Shown: positions 12,132-25,743 of the stretch, piece after piece
Layout: every line of letters begins with the position of its first letter
How positions within the stretch are numbered: the first letter of the stretch is position 1
NCBI GenBank assembly: GCA_965203295.1
Contig: CBDBCZ010000014.1
Location: 960,001 to 1,024,000, forward strand
Origin: Nitrospirales bacterium
GTDB taxonomy: Bacteria > Nitrospirota > Nitrospiria > Nitrospirales > UBA8639
Direction: 5' to 3'
DNA: 64,000 nt
Program-made: the position numbers and the translations under genes
The notes under the pieces: model-generated
What the model was told of the DNA's origin: nothing
What the model saw: the letters and a program-made list of their open reading frames with translations, nothing else
Database searches by the model: none

Positions 12132-13267
12132 ATAGCAACATGGTATACTCCCACATATGGTCATAAACTACTTTACACCTTGAGCATCTGTTGGTAGATC
12201 TGCAATAGCCACTGAACCTGCTTGAGTGCTCCTGAAACCCACTTTAACCGCTTAGCGTACTCAAATTCTATTTCAGGACCTCTACTGTCTTCTGTTCTAC
12301 TCCATTCTATGCATTCCTATTCCATAAGGCTTGTTATGGTGTGCCAAAGTATTGCAAACTGATTTTTTTTCGTAGTTTGGGTATATACAATTGCACGAGG
12401 CATGAAATGACACTCCATATATAAACTCTCTGCATTGTGTCATTACAGATATAGATTCATGGCGACATGGACACACTTGTTACCGTGCATATATGTATGT
12501 GAGTACCTTTGGTTACATCTTTGAAGGTATACTCCCACCTCTTGAGATCATTCCAACAACCAGCAATTCAAATGTATACCTAGTTGATGTGGGGAGAAGT
12601 TTGCTGTAGAATGCCGCTCTGAAGGAAATTTCAGTAGCAATGTAACATGGTACTACGCAAATAATAAACCAGGTAATTGCTGTACCAAACACAGTTGATT
12701 ATTCACAGTTGTAAGAATTGAGCCAAAGTTCAACCTCCATCATTCATTGGTTGCATAAAAGAAAATACCATGTGAGTCTGGATAGCACACCAGTTTCTCA
12801 GCACACCACTGGTGTGCTGTGAAGAGAAGTGTGCAGGGCACACTATCATTGTAATCCAGTGTGTACTGCACACCACTTGTGTTTTTACAAGTGGTCATAG
12901 CACACTAATTTTAAGAGGTGTGCTGCACAGCCGCTATCATGCCACTGACTGTATGAGAATAGGACAGGTATGATCTTCATACGTGCTGCAATAATTTCTG
13001 TGAGACTGCGCTGGGTACTGCATCACAGCAGGTGTGCACAATGACATAGAGAGGTAGAAGGGAGTCGGAATGGGAAGCTCTCATGCGAAAAGTCAATTTT
13101 TTTCCCACAGGAGATATTATGAGCACACAGTCAGGACTAGCCTTGTTCTCATTCCTATCCACCCCAGCCTCAAGATAAAAGCTGGGATTGGCAGGACTGG
13201 GAACAAGGATAGTCAGGAGAGCCTTGAAACAGTAGGTTATGGCTGTGTAGCAAAGCGATACTATGCC

Positions 13268-15656
13268 CTAAATAATCAGTAATCCCAACAAGGCCAGTGA
13301 CAAGTCACTAATGCCACCATGACTAAAACTAGCAGCCAGTGGAAGGAAGACACGATCAGCTATTGTCAGGTCACAAACTTTATATGCAAAGTTTTCAAAT
13401 AACTGGCTAAGGGTGTTACTTGGGGCATGCAATAACGGAATGCTGAGCATTGTTTCTAAAGTTTCGGGATCCAGGATCAGCCGAAGTCAGCTATATTACA
13501 TTTCTCACTCTAACTCTTCACATGAAGGTACTCCTACCCACCCATACCATACATTTACCATGAGCACACCACTGCAATACTTACAGTTGCCATCTGTACC
13601 TCCAGTTCCAACTAAATGAAGAAAAGAAAGGCAATTAACATTAACTTCCTATAACTCTGTATGCCTTATAGTCAAGAGTTAGGTAGGTAAAAGGCCTGAA
13701 CATTTTGCCTAATGAGTTGTGCGAAGGGAATTGCCAACTGATTGTAAAATGTGTGAACGGCAGGTCCTACGACATTGACCACGTTTTGTTTGTGTGCGTG
13801 CATTTCGTCATGTGTGCAATACAACGTATGGCACACCCTGGTCTGCTACTATGCAACTAGTCCACTAGCAGGTTTGTAGGCCAAACGAGTTTAGTTTTCT
13901 GTTTCCTAGACATTGAAAAAGTAATATGCGACATAATATATTGCACACATGACGGGCTTGGATACATAGACAGACAAACAGACAAATGCATAAAATGTGA
14001 AACCCTATAGAACGAGCTGTTCACAAACTTCATGCACACCCTGCTGGTTGGGCTATGCACTTCATACCAGTAGGGAGACCAACACTCCACCCCTGATAAC
14101 CATATTGCATGGCAGGTATATACTCCTTGGCTTGATACCATACCACCCTGGCCCCACTTGTATTCATGTTCCACTGCCAAGGATACATAATCTGGACATA
14201 CATGTACCAGTGGTAGAAGAGCTAGTGGGAGTAGTAGTAGTAGCAGCAGTAGTAGCAGCAGTAGTAGTAGTAGGTTCAGGAGTGGTAGAAGCATCTATAA
14301 AAAAAAAAAACGGAAAGGTAAATTCACCTCTTGCAATGTTAATCTAGCTTGCAAAGGGGACAGTGCCACATCTACTAACATTCAATATACTTGCACTAAA
14401 CTTAATATCTACAATGCTTTATGTACGTACCACACAAGCTGCAAATGAGTACAGAAAGATTAATTGTCACATCGTAAAAAGTAAATGATTGGGTTTGTAG
14501 CATATTTACTGCTATAGTTATACGACAATGGCCAGTAGTTAGGTTAGTCATTTGGCAGTGATGTAGAGACTAGTGATACGGTATTACTACTCAGTCTTGC
14601 ACCACAGACAGTTGATTGTAACTTGAAAAAATCTTGAGAGTTGGTGAGACATTAAAATTTCCCCAAAAGCACCACTAAAGCTGGGAGACTCATGAATACA
14701 GACAGACTGATCACACTGGGGGACTGACTATCATGTGACTTTCAGCAGCCATGGTGCTGTAGAAGCTGTATCACTACGACATGTAAGTGGTTCACTAGTC
14801 AATATATGCTGGTGCTCATATGCATATGAATTACACGTATGCAAGCGCTAAAGCATGGGAGCTGTAGTCAGCCTACCTACAGTCCAGGAGACTACTGCAT
14901 ACATGTACTACTCAGTGATTGCCAACTAAGATTTTATTTGCAGTGATTCTACTGCATAAAAAGTGATAGCAAAAAATGATCAATACAATGTGATAGAGCT
15001 CACCATGTAATATGTTACACTACAGATGATGTAATGCACTATCCACTAGCATCCTGATAATTTAAAATCTGCCATTACTCATTTTTGGCTTTTAAATTAA
15101 CTACTATACACTATGCTAAGATGCTCAGCAATCATACACTGTATGCTTAGCCTCGTTCACAGGCTCTACCCCCCCCAGCTTTTTATAGTGCAAAAAAGCT
15201 GTGGGAGTTGAGCCTGGGAACAAGGCTACCGTATGCTAGCAACACAACTCTGTACAAACTTACTGATCGTGACATGAAAGGTTTTGCTCAATGTGCCAAC
15301 CGAGTTTGTGATGGGGTCATAAACATCGATGAATGCAGTGTAGACTCCTGAGTTAGATTCATCAAGTTGTTTTTGCACTGAAAAATCATATGTATTTTGT
15401 GTTTCACCCTGTACGACAGTTCCTTCTTCAGAATCTGTACATGGAGAAGAGTCTAGGTTACTGCAGGAATACATCAGTCCGCTTGAAATCCGGGCCTCTC
15501 CACGATATAACAGTGAGCGTCTGACTTCTTGAAGTTGTCCAAAACTACCACCATCAACATACTCAACATTAGTGTTAAATATAACAGTTCCAGGGGAAGC
15601 TGTAAATGTCTCCTGACAAGGAGTTGATGAGTCACAGCCTCGGTACTGTGCTCTGG
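13268..15656 (-). CDS. Partial gene for a putative cell-surface protein: Ig-like domain, Thr-rich stalk, hydrophobic C-terminus (possibly GPI-anchored); 5' exon not found
   Basis: Phase-1 exons 15656-15264 (..FNTNVEY..YDFSVQKQLDESNSGVYTAFIDV..KTFHVTI, Ig-like with a DxGxY-type motif), 14294-14208 (ASTTPEPTTTTAATTAATTTTPTSSSTT), 13611-13585 (GTGGTDGN) and 13359-13268 (DRVFLPLAASFSHGGISDLSLALLGLLII*). Confidence 0.6.
15148..15228. mobile_element. 81-bp palindromic MITE, TAG..CTA ends, 9-bp TSD (AcademH-like)
   Basis: tagcctcgttcacaggctc..gagcctgggaacaaggcta flanked by ctgtatgct / ccgtatgct; also present in copy A'. Confidence 0.7.
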
Positions 15657-15748
<92 letters not shown>

Positions 15749-17177
15749 AAAATGTACATGTCACAGTAGTATTATGCTAAGAATAATATTACAGCTGACA
15801 CATCAGTTTGAATTCATGCTCCTCCCCAGAGGCAGGTAGATTAACAGTCATGGCTCACCACTACTGAAGAATAATTATTAAGACTTGCAATGAACTGTTA
15901 CAGCATCATTGTCAGAGGGGGATGCAAAGGCTTGCTCAGCAGGAATACATGTACCATTCACCGAAATTTCTGTAGCTACTCACTGGCATGGCTAATCTCC
16001 ACCCCTTTACTCAACAATAGTGGATATTCCGGGGGTAGATTGTCATCAGCCTCATTCTCAGGTTTGCATACACATAGCCACATATAATAAAGCACAGGCT
16101 ATAGGCAAATTCTTGCACAGCTAGTGCACCGTGTATCGTGGCACAACTGCTGCTATGTGCAATCAATAAGATTAATTAGTCACGGGTTTCTACCCTCAGT
16201 TTCATTTTTCCTATATTCATAAAGGGAAATAACTAGTAAATTGAGCTCACTGAAATGCAATTATAATGAAAAGCACTGAAGTACTAAACCCTCGGCACAG
16301 CTGGCTAACTGCAAGATTTTGGAATTCACTGAATGAATTTAGTCCTGTTGAGACAGCTAATTATATAATGCCCTATACATGACGAGTCAGGTATTCAAAC
16401 TTCCTGAAAATACGTACATTAGTTTACATGAAGTTAACCTAGTTCATTCACGTGAGTGTGCATGTTATATCAATGCGTGTGTCCTCTGCAGCCGATGAGG
16501 TTCATGGTAAGTTATTCTATTGTTGTGTTGTAGGCTTATAGTGTTTAATGTGAAACGTAAATTGTCAAAAATCATTGCAGTTTTGATATTATAATCACAA
16601 TCACAGTCTGAAGTTAACAGAACAGTTACAGAACAGCTCAATGGTATAGATAGATAGATAAACATTTTTACATCACACCACAGGGGCAGCAGTATATAAC
16701 AAAATCAAATGAGTATAAGATCCAACGCACGTGTTTCGTCCTAAGTCTCGTGCCCAGACCCAGATTTGATGCCATGCGCGCGTGAGAGGCGTGTCTGACC
16801 CACATACAGAGAGCTACATGCTTTGGAAGCCACTTCCACAAAGCTGAGAGTTATAGCTAATTTTGGTGAGGCCGCCCTTGTTATAAAGCGTTGTAATTTT
16901 TTTATATTTTAGCCTCTTTTCATTCCTGAGCACTTATGTTAAACTCCATAATCTGCTCTGTATTCCATATACCCTACACATTTTGAGAGACACTGTTTTT
17001 TAGGTAATAAAGTAATTTAAAGTGGTTGCAATCATTTTAAAATTCAATTGTTTTCTGAATCTACTTTTTTGTTTGGAGCACTGTAGCTACAATACATATT
17101 TCAAACTAGCATGAACGGATACATTAAACAAACAAACTGATTGAAAATATGCCTACCCCTTTTACAATATGACTCAC

Positions 17178-17300
17178 TTGTGCAATTCACTGCATCCCCT
17201 TCATATCCAGTGACACATGTACAGTTGAAGCTTCCTTCAGTGTCTGAGAAAATTGCATTTATGTCACAGTTATCAGCGCCTCTTACACATTCATCAATGT
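17178..17300 (-). pseudogene. Inactivated calcium-binding EGF-domain exon
   Basis: 123-nt phase 1-1 segment (D)IDECVRGADNCDINAIFSDTEGSFNCTCVTGYEGDAVNCT. The GTGAGT donor is intact, the acceptor reads AC instead of AG, and the third Cys is replaced by Phe. Confidence 0.8.
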
Positions 17301-18227
17301 GTGCATGGAGTGAAATGCAGTAGAGAATATAGATTGATAAGCTTCTTTAGGGGCACTGAGGACTGCTGCTGCAATCTTCTGAAATACGAATAGATATATT
17401 GTGCCCACCCCTCTAATCAGTATAATTATCTTAACAGATATCATTCTTGTGCAATTAGTGTCACTCTCTCACAGCCATGAATACAGCTACAGCTAAAGTT
17501 ACATGTTACATCACAGGAGAGTGCATATGTAGTTGAGTCTTTCTAGTTGACACTTTCAAGAAGCATAGTAAACATTGTTAAGAGTGACCTAAAATAAGTC
17601 AAAATCATTTCTTATCATGACAGATGTTGTCGAGCGGTTATAAAACTCTACATAATTCAATAACGCCATAGAACCTTGTTTCTAGGTGACAAATATGCAA
17701 GCAATGTTGACTAAGTATTAGCTTTCCAGGACATCTGATTGCTAAATGCTTTCATCTTGGTTATGCAATGTTACTATGTACAGTACAGTCATTAGAACAG
17801 CTAGCTATATAGTGAGCTAGTCTGGTATCTACGTCAGATGTGTGAAAGCACTATACTCAGACATTCATGGAAGTATAAAAGATGCTGTTGTAGGCTCACT
17901 TTATGATCTTGCAGTCACTACGTATATGGTAGTGGCTGCCGAGAATGCTGGCAATGTGAAAGGATTACCAACACATTTCTACACTCCTCTTTAGTACCAT
18001 TCCCATACCACTAAAGTATATCAAGGTTTCTGTACATGTGTTCCGTGTATCAACCGCAGAGGAATGCGGCCAATAGTTTGGGAGGAAGAACTGCATATCT
18101 AGACGTCTTTTCCCAGCAGCACGCACATTCACAATTCAACACGCATTATAACTTACGTACTTACCCAAATCCAACTCCCCCAAGCGATTGAAACGGCCGG
18201 TAAACACCTTTTCTACTAGCAGTTTTT

Positions 18228-18370
18228 ATTAGCAACCAAGAAGCATGCACTAACTCCTTTGCTACTTTTAGTTCAGGTTTAGAAAAGTCAATCCTTTTCT
18301 ACTAATTTGACTTTTCCAAACCTGAACTAAAAGTAGCAAAGGAGTTAGTGCATGCTTCTTGGTTGCTAAT
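18228..18370. repeat. Near-perfect inverted repeat (64-bp arms, 15-nt loop)
   Basis: 18228-18291 is the reverse complement of 18307-18370 with one mismatch; paralog at ~58211-58353. Confidence 0.95.
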
Positions 18371-18458
18371 TAAAATTGTTCTGCCCTCTGATAATTTCAT
18401 ACTTGCAAGCTTACGTCTAAGTATGAGCTGGCGGTGCTCTACTAGCACCATGCAGTAC

Positions 18459-18521
18459 TAGCCTCGGTCCCAGGCTCTCTGCAAGCAACGAAAGCTGGAT
18501 GAGAGCCTGGGTTCGAGGCTA
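18459..18521. mobile_element. Short palindromic TAGCCTCG..CGAGGCTA MITE
   Basis: tagcctcggtcccaggctctc..gagagcctgggttcgaggcta; TSD not recognisable. Confidence 0.6.
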
Positions 18522-19435
18522 CGTACATTACTACCTCTATTTGATGAGTTGGTTTAGTCAGTGAAGATATGCAAATAGACATTGTGTTTTTCTTAGCACA
18601 GGTGGGTAGTATTTTTCCTGGAATACATAGGTGTCACACCTTAAGGTAGCCCATGCATTGCTAATGAACTCTTTTCTTGGAAAATGTGGGTGTTACATGA
18701 GCACTCCATATTATAGTACATGCTCACTTGTACTACCAAAAGGAATGCACATGATTGTGTAACACCTGCTTATTCCAGGAAAAGTAGACAACCACAATGT
18801 CTGCAATAAAACTGCATATAATAAATACTTACTATATAAATAATTAAACTAGAGGGGTGTTAACACTAAATACCTGAAATTTTTATTGTAGGAGGTGGTG
18901 TGTGTAGAGATAGCAGGGATGATCGCCTCAATAGTTGTATAATAATGTGACATTTTATTTTCATTTTCATGTTCATTGAACAATATAAGCATAGCAATAC
19001 TAGCTACAAGTTGTGTGCATATTTAATTTTCTGCTAACTAAGCTGAAGGCATGGATAGCATTGCCACTTACTAAAATAAACTATTATAACCTTGTACTAA
19101 TTGGTAATAAAAGTGGGAACATTCTTGCTATCTAGGTACAATGAACCTTTGTTATGATGTAATGGGGGTTGCAAAGTCACATTATTGTACGTATGTCATG
19201 CAGTACATTACTACACAGGCTAGCTACATGTACATGCACGTACGTTTCTTGGAATAAATGTGCACGCTGCATCATTGAAGGGCGGTCTAACCTCCTACCA
19301 TATATGACTTCTTGCCCAGATCTATCTTGCAGCAATTTTACCCAACTGATAACTGCAAGATGAATTATCTGGGTTGTGCACAATGTTTGAACGCCCTAAA
19401 ACGTAGGATAACTACATGTATGTATAATATTCTAA

Positions 19436-19605
19436 TGTCGCTGCCGTAGCACTTATGCCATTGACCACACACCCACATACACAGGCAGAGCTTGTAACAT
19501 CTCCAGTCAGAAGACAAGAGGAAGAGCAATCAGATGTTACAACATCCTGATCACTATATCTTCTTAGTATCCAGATTAATAATACATCTTAACTAGTCTT
19601 AAATA
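19436..19605. repeat. Interspersed repeat, possibly a solo LTR; diverged relatives in each B unit (23578-24258, split by a MITE)
   Basis: tgtc(g/a)ctgc..cttaYgccattgaccRcacacccacatac..gagcttgtaa..atctccagtc..gacaaga is shared between the copies; starts with TG; no TSD found. Confidence 0.5.
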
Positions 19606-22444
19606 AGCCTTATAATTATGCCTGTATATTTTCTGTTGTTTGAGCGCAGTGAATTAAATGGAAAATGCGCTCTCATTGTTGCATGCGCAGTTAGCTAGAG
19701 CTAAGCAACTGCCAGTGTGGCGAAAAATTCCAACTGGTTGCTACTAGGCTGGGCTGTGGGTATATAAGCTTATGCTGGGGCTGCTTGGAGCATCTCTCGG
19801 CAGCAGCAGCAGTGAAGTGAAGGATTGTGGTGGGAGTATATATAATACAGTAGTCATGTGGAGTGTTTTTTTTCCCTGCTGAGGTACATCGGGCTGTGAA
19901 AGCCTGACCTCCATCTACTGAGACCGTATGGAGTTTGACAGCCGTCTTGAGCTGGTGGCAAGACTTCTGTATGCTGAGCGCACCTACGGAGGCTGTATGG
20001 AGTTGACACCAGTGCAGAGACGGTTCTAGAAGCAAAGTGCATGTCCAGAGACCGTATGGAGTGGACAATTGTGCATTCATTTTGTGTGTGTGTTGCTGTG
20101 TGTTGCTGGGAGGTTTTGTTTACTTTGGTTTTTTCACCTCACTGTTTTTCCTCACATGTTGAGGTTTTTTAAGTGATGGTGTTTTTTCCCCTGCGCACAC
20201 TGGCCATGTGTCCTAAATATGTTGTGCCCACATTACTCCTTGTTTAGCCCATCCCAGCCTATTTTATGTACAAGTAGCTAGTTTTGTGGTGTACAGTTGA
20301 CTTGTTTTGCGGTACAAGTTGGGCACTATCAACAATTTGCTGGCTGTCAGCTCTCAACTGTCATGCTGCCTGGTCCAACCATAATGTATTCTTCGAAATG
20401 AGAGGTCCCAAATCTCACACCCTAAAAACAGAGGCTGTTTTCTTAAAATTATTGAGCGTACTAAATTCTTCAGAGCTCCCCCCCCTCAAAAGATTTCTAA
20501 TGGTATCATACACAGGACACTGCCAGAGCAAATGCAAAATTTTGTACTTCAAAGTTTCCAAGAAAGCGTTAAAACCTTCTGAGACTTCTTCAAGGCAGAG
20601 GTTAAATGAATCTATTGGCAAAGTAAAGATTAACAGCTAGCGTCTACTGATGAATCAGGTAGTCCTCACAAACAGACACTTTAGTTCTTGTTCCAAAATC
20701 TGGCTCCAGGTGGACCAAATTTAAAAGGCCTAGCTACTTGATGTAGATGACCAGCTGCAAGTTAGAGACTCAGGTACTTTCCTTAATGGCCCCACTTTAC
20801 AAACCTCATGGACTCACAGGATCCTCTTTCAATCTCTTCTGGTGTGTCTGGGTCATCCTGTGAGAAAGGGGGTATATTACGTACATATATGTATGCACAA
20901 TCATATAGTCTGAGTATGTGCCTACACATACACTGCAACAGTAGCTATGATGGTACATGTATACAGATAATGCTACATGCTATCAATATATACCGGTACT
21001 ATTATATTGTCTATCATTTGAATGCATTCAATGGTGTGTTCACATGTTAGGCATTGTAGTTGTTCCAGTGCTGGTGCTAGCCATATTGGTTAGGCTGTGA
21101 TTGGTTACCAGAGTGCTGCAGCGGGAGCTTTAAAGTAGTACAGCTTGGCTGGTAGCATTATCACAGCTGCTGGCAAAGCTGACCGAAAATTTCCATAGTT
21201 CATGGTAGTTCTATGTGTAACAGTCACCATGCTGTCGTGATCTGAGGGCTTGTGCTACCTGCGAAGGGCTTGGATCTGCAGAGTCAAAGCCAAGGGCTGG
21301 GCTCCCATCGTAAGGTTTGTGATTTTAGTATGAGCAAAAGGTTACCGTTTATTTGTACATATGATTAGCTAAGAGCTGAGCTGTTATTAACTTCGTATCT
21401 GGTCTTTTTTCCTCTCTCCATAAGTTTCTCCTTCACTGTAAGATTTTTTGTGGTGAAACACACATCACTCTATTTCACTGCATATTCATAGAGGCTGCAA
21501 GATGAGCGTGCAGAGGTGGAGAAACAGAGAGAGTACTTTACCAAGCTAAGGGAGGAATTGCAGCCTGGAAATAAACAGAAGGTGGAGTGCATGGTGCAGA
21601 CTCACAATACAAAATCAACTGACTAAACTAGAGCTGGGATGGGCCAAAGAATTTTGGTACAATTTTTTTTGTGGCCAGCATACCTGATTGTATTGCAATC
21701 TACTGCACATTCTCTATTATACGAAGATACGTAAGTTTAAGTGCTACTGATTATTAATGGAGTTGTTGTAGGTGTTTACAATATAATTCTTAGGATAGAC
21801 TAGTTTAGTGCAGGCGCAATTAATGACATCTCATGATTATATCAATCTTTCACTTGCTATGTATGTACATATAGCAAGTGGTGGGGTTGTGCCTCTACAA
21901 AGATTTGCAGTGGACAGCTTTATAATGTTAATGTCAGACAGGGTAAGAACAATCTCAGGCCCAGCGAACCCCCTGCATGTACAGATTTGGAAGGTATTGG
22001 GGTCAAAGTACAATGTAAGATAACCTTTTCATCTCAGCAGCAAGCCTGCGCTCTAACTGTGACTCAGATTCATGTCTAATCCGATCTTTCGCCTAGTAGC
22101 AGCAAAGGAAAGGGAAATAAGTTCAAATATTTGCACTGTAATATAACGATCATTTGGACAGCTTATTGGAACACTTCAGACTCACTAATGTCTCTACTGC
22201 TACCATGAAGAAGCTGAACATTTAAGAAAACAATTGCTACATTATTCTGCATCCTAACTACATAGGTAAGAGTTGACTCATTAGTCTACCAGGCTATTGA
22301 AAGGTTCGTCACAACTCTGCAGCTGGTTGCTGGTAGTATACGTATACATGTACATCTAAAATGATCAGTAACGTAATTTGGCAAAAACATGCATATGTAC
22401 ACATCACACATATGTATGTTACTTCTCTACATACATCATTCACA

Positions 22445-25400
22445 AATTACATACCAATTATTATTTCCAGGTCTGCTATCTTGCCATACGAGGCATCTCT
22501 CTCAGGCTGAGCTTGACTCATTAGTTGTTAGTGGGCCTCCAGAACTGCTGCCTATGAAGGAGAGGTACTGGGAGAATCATTTCAACAGCAGTAGATTCAG
22601 CATGGCAGATTTGTCTCAATCGCACCCTTCCCACCTTTTGCTTTTGAGCTTTTTCCCTTTCTCTTTCAATCCTCTAAATTTCTTCATGACCCAAAATATT
22701 CTCCCTATAGCAGCGGTATGTAGATATGGGCTGTATCTCAATTATCGCGAATAGCTAGTATGGTCTAGCTGTTGAGTCTGGTATGTTTGTACACGTATTC
22801 TAGCTGTGGTTATATCTTAATTATTATACTAATAGTATGAACCTGTGTTCAAGCTGTTGCTTCAACTTTGTGATCTCTTGCTTATAGGCTGACAGCAATG
22901 CTTTCTGTGACATGTCCTTGTTGATCTGCGCAGTGGTATTGATACTTTTTGCCCTGAGTATTCAAATGTGGGTATAGAAAGAGAATACTGCTAAGAAAAA
23001 ACTGATAAGGGGCATAATCAACTGTTTTAATAAGTGTAAAGACAAACCAATCTGAAGGAAAGCAGATTTAGCCAGTGACTCTGAACACAACACTAGGTGT
23101 GCTAGTAGTGGTACGTGGCTGCCAGCAGATACGTATACAACTGAACCGTTCCTAGTATGAAATATGTATGTGAACAGACTGCTACGTACTTGCATGTAAC
23201 ATTAATTGAAGGATAATGATAGCATGCTTCCCTTACACCAGAGTAAATTCTCACACACATTTTCACTGTGGGTGCAATTACGTGAAAATAAGTACTGGAT
23301 ACTGTTATGTACATGCGTACCTCTGTTCTTCCAAATCTTATACTTCTGTGTTGCCTCCAAGGCAGTCCTGCAGCAACCGTGTCAGCTTAGAATCTCGATA
23401 AGGAATATACTTCACACCCGAGGTTGTCAGTGCTATATTACCACCTTCACTACTACACCTTTGCAATTGACAGCATTTCCACTGGGAAAATGGCCATGTA
23501 CACTTTAATAAAAGACTATCAGTGTAACAATCATTTTTTAGCATTCTAAAAGAGCTAGTTAAATAATAATATACTCATGTCACTGCTTAGTCTCGTGGGC
23601 CAGCCCACTTCTGCTTAGAGGGAAGGTGGCCTGGGGAGCTGCCATACTGGCATGCGTCGCTCGGGAATTCAATTAGTTGTGCAACAGTCACATGCTGTTA
23701 GTGCATGCTATATATATAGCGTGGGAAAATTACCACGTGTGAGTTTATTAGTGGCTATTGTCTACAGTATATACTACCATAGAACTCCATTACAGAGCTA
23801 TATTACCTATGGTACTACATTATACTTAGTACTGCAGCGCAAGCGGTGCGACGGCACGATGAAATCGGATATTTTCTGCCTTGGCTGTGGCTGCAAGGCC
23901 TTGAAGGGAGGCAGAAGAATGCTGTGCAGTGATGCTTCTCGAAATGGTTTACCAATGTGGGAGAAGATCTTTGACGCAAAGCTGCAAAAACTAGGAAAGG
24001 AGGCTGATAAACAATTAGTCTAGTCAGTCTGGCCACGAGACTGGCTAGTCACTGCTGTAGGGCTTACGCCATTGACCGCACACCCACATACGCAGGCGGA
24101 GCTTGTAAGATCTCCAGTCCGAGGACAAGAACAAGAGCAACGAGATGTTTCACCATCTTGATCACCATATAATTTATTATTCCTAGTAATATTCTAGATT
24201 AAACTCTTAACTGGTCATAATAATTAAAGTATACCTGTCCTAATTCTCACACCTTACAGCAAAGCCTGTTCTCAAAAATTTATTGAGAGTACTAAACTCT
24301 TTGCACGATGATACAAATATGCAGCACAATAATCAGTGTACAATGTGTTGGCTAAGTAGTAAGTAACTCAGCTTCACACCTAAGGATTAATTACATAAAC
24401 AGATTCATAGAGGATTCATTTTTGTCTTGAATTTTACCAAAATATTTATATGATCGTTATATGCAGCAATTAACAGAGATTGGGAAGCACACCCCTCCTG
24501 CTGTCTACTGATCATGAATCAAATTTTGAAGAATTATAGCTCTACCTACCTGTCTGTCCACTGGCAATGATGCTGCCGTTTTATCCAAGGAGCACGGAAT
24601 CCACGCTACTTCTCACACATACATCGAATATCACATCTTGAGTGGAGCTGCAGAATGTACAGTATGTACACATTAGGCAAGCATATGCTGGAATTCACTC
24701 CACCATTTGGCAAATAGAGATGTTCATTTTTGTCCCCAGCCAGCAAAAGGCATGTATAGGAATGTAGCATTGGGGGTGGGACTACCCAGCCCACACCTCA
24801 TGCATACTTGGCTGATCGTGTTCACGCAAAGGCCAGCAAGAGCGTGTTTCACTATCATGTCTTCAGGAAACATTTTTATCATCATAATTATGTATTACAG
24901 TACACAGAAAAAACATTATCAGAAGCAATCTGCTATGTGACACTGTGCCTTGATTTTCCATTGTATGTACATAGTGAACTAACCTGGGTCCGAACACGAG
25001 ATCATTGAAGAAATTGTGTGTTCGTGATACGTCAGACCGTATTAGCTCTCCAATTCCGATCTGTGAAGGCACTTCCTTGTGCTCTGCATTAACCTAAACA
25101 CACTGTGTGTGTACATGGAAGAAATACATTTACATGATGCTACAGATACATATGCATACATGGCAACCACAGTTATTTGCAAGAGGCAATAACTGTGACA
25201 CTACGTTATAGCAGTTGTGATAGAGACCCCACCAAACATTGTCAGGGACAGCGCAAGACTCTATGTCAAAGACTTTCAATGTCAATGGCTATCACTTAAC
25301 GTCTAACAGTAAAAAATGTGTCAAAGACTAGCTACTTTCAAGTTATTTCGTAGGTCTACAGAGGTTCGCACTCGAAAAAATACAGCCCTAACAATGCTAC

Positions 25401-25743
25401 AGATGAAAGGCTCATCACTGATCATGAGCAGGGCAAGCTTTCTGGTTTCTACTCTACACAGTCTCCTGCAAGCTTTTGTAAACCTCTGTACCGACACGGG
25501 AGCTAGTCTCGCGAGTCTGACTGTACAGGAGCTAGCTAGCATAGCTGACCAAATTACAGTACAGAACGGGTAAGGTCAGTGGGGGGTAACTTCGGAAATT
25601 ACAGTACACAACGGGTACATATTAGCGAGTACAAACTCACATGGCTTGAAATAGTTTTAATCTCCCGTTGTATGAGTGGCCTGACTCGTACAGCAAACTC
25701 TCCTCCCCTCCCTGGCGAGGATTCTCGACGGTTCAGCGCACAT
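22445..25743 (-). pseudogene. Kinesin motor pseudogene, copy 1
   Basis: Exons in correct order: AVRVRPLIQRE (~25640-25700); THNFFNDLVFGP (~24985-25090); STQDVIFDVCVRSSVDSVLLG*NGSIIASGQTG (~24550-24648, stop replaces the Tyr of GYNG); [29 protein letters not shown] (~23345-23435); RAKSINTTAQINKDMSQKALLSAYKQEITKLKQQL (~22843-22958); then a coiled-coil exon. No central motor exons (SSRSH, DLAGSE) were seen. Confidence 0.88.
23588..24047. mobile_element. 460-bp non-autonomous element, TAG..CTA ends, perfect 9-bp TSD (AcademH-like); copies at 34380-34839 and 45014-45473
   Basis: gtcactgct|tagtctcgtgggccag..ctggccacgagactggcta|gtcactgct; short internal ORF MKSDIFCLGCGC..WEKIF. Confidence 0.8.

Noticed and set aside
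13857..14347. Poly-Leu signal-peptide-like and poly-Val ORFs
   Set aside because: These are alternative frames of the (ACT/GCT)n Thr-rich exon; splice phase supports the Thr reading.
19920..20067. CRISPR array
   Set aside because: Only three degenerate repeats, uneven spacers, eukaryotic context and no cas genes.
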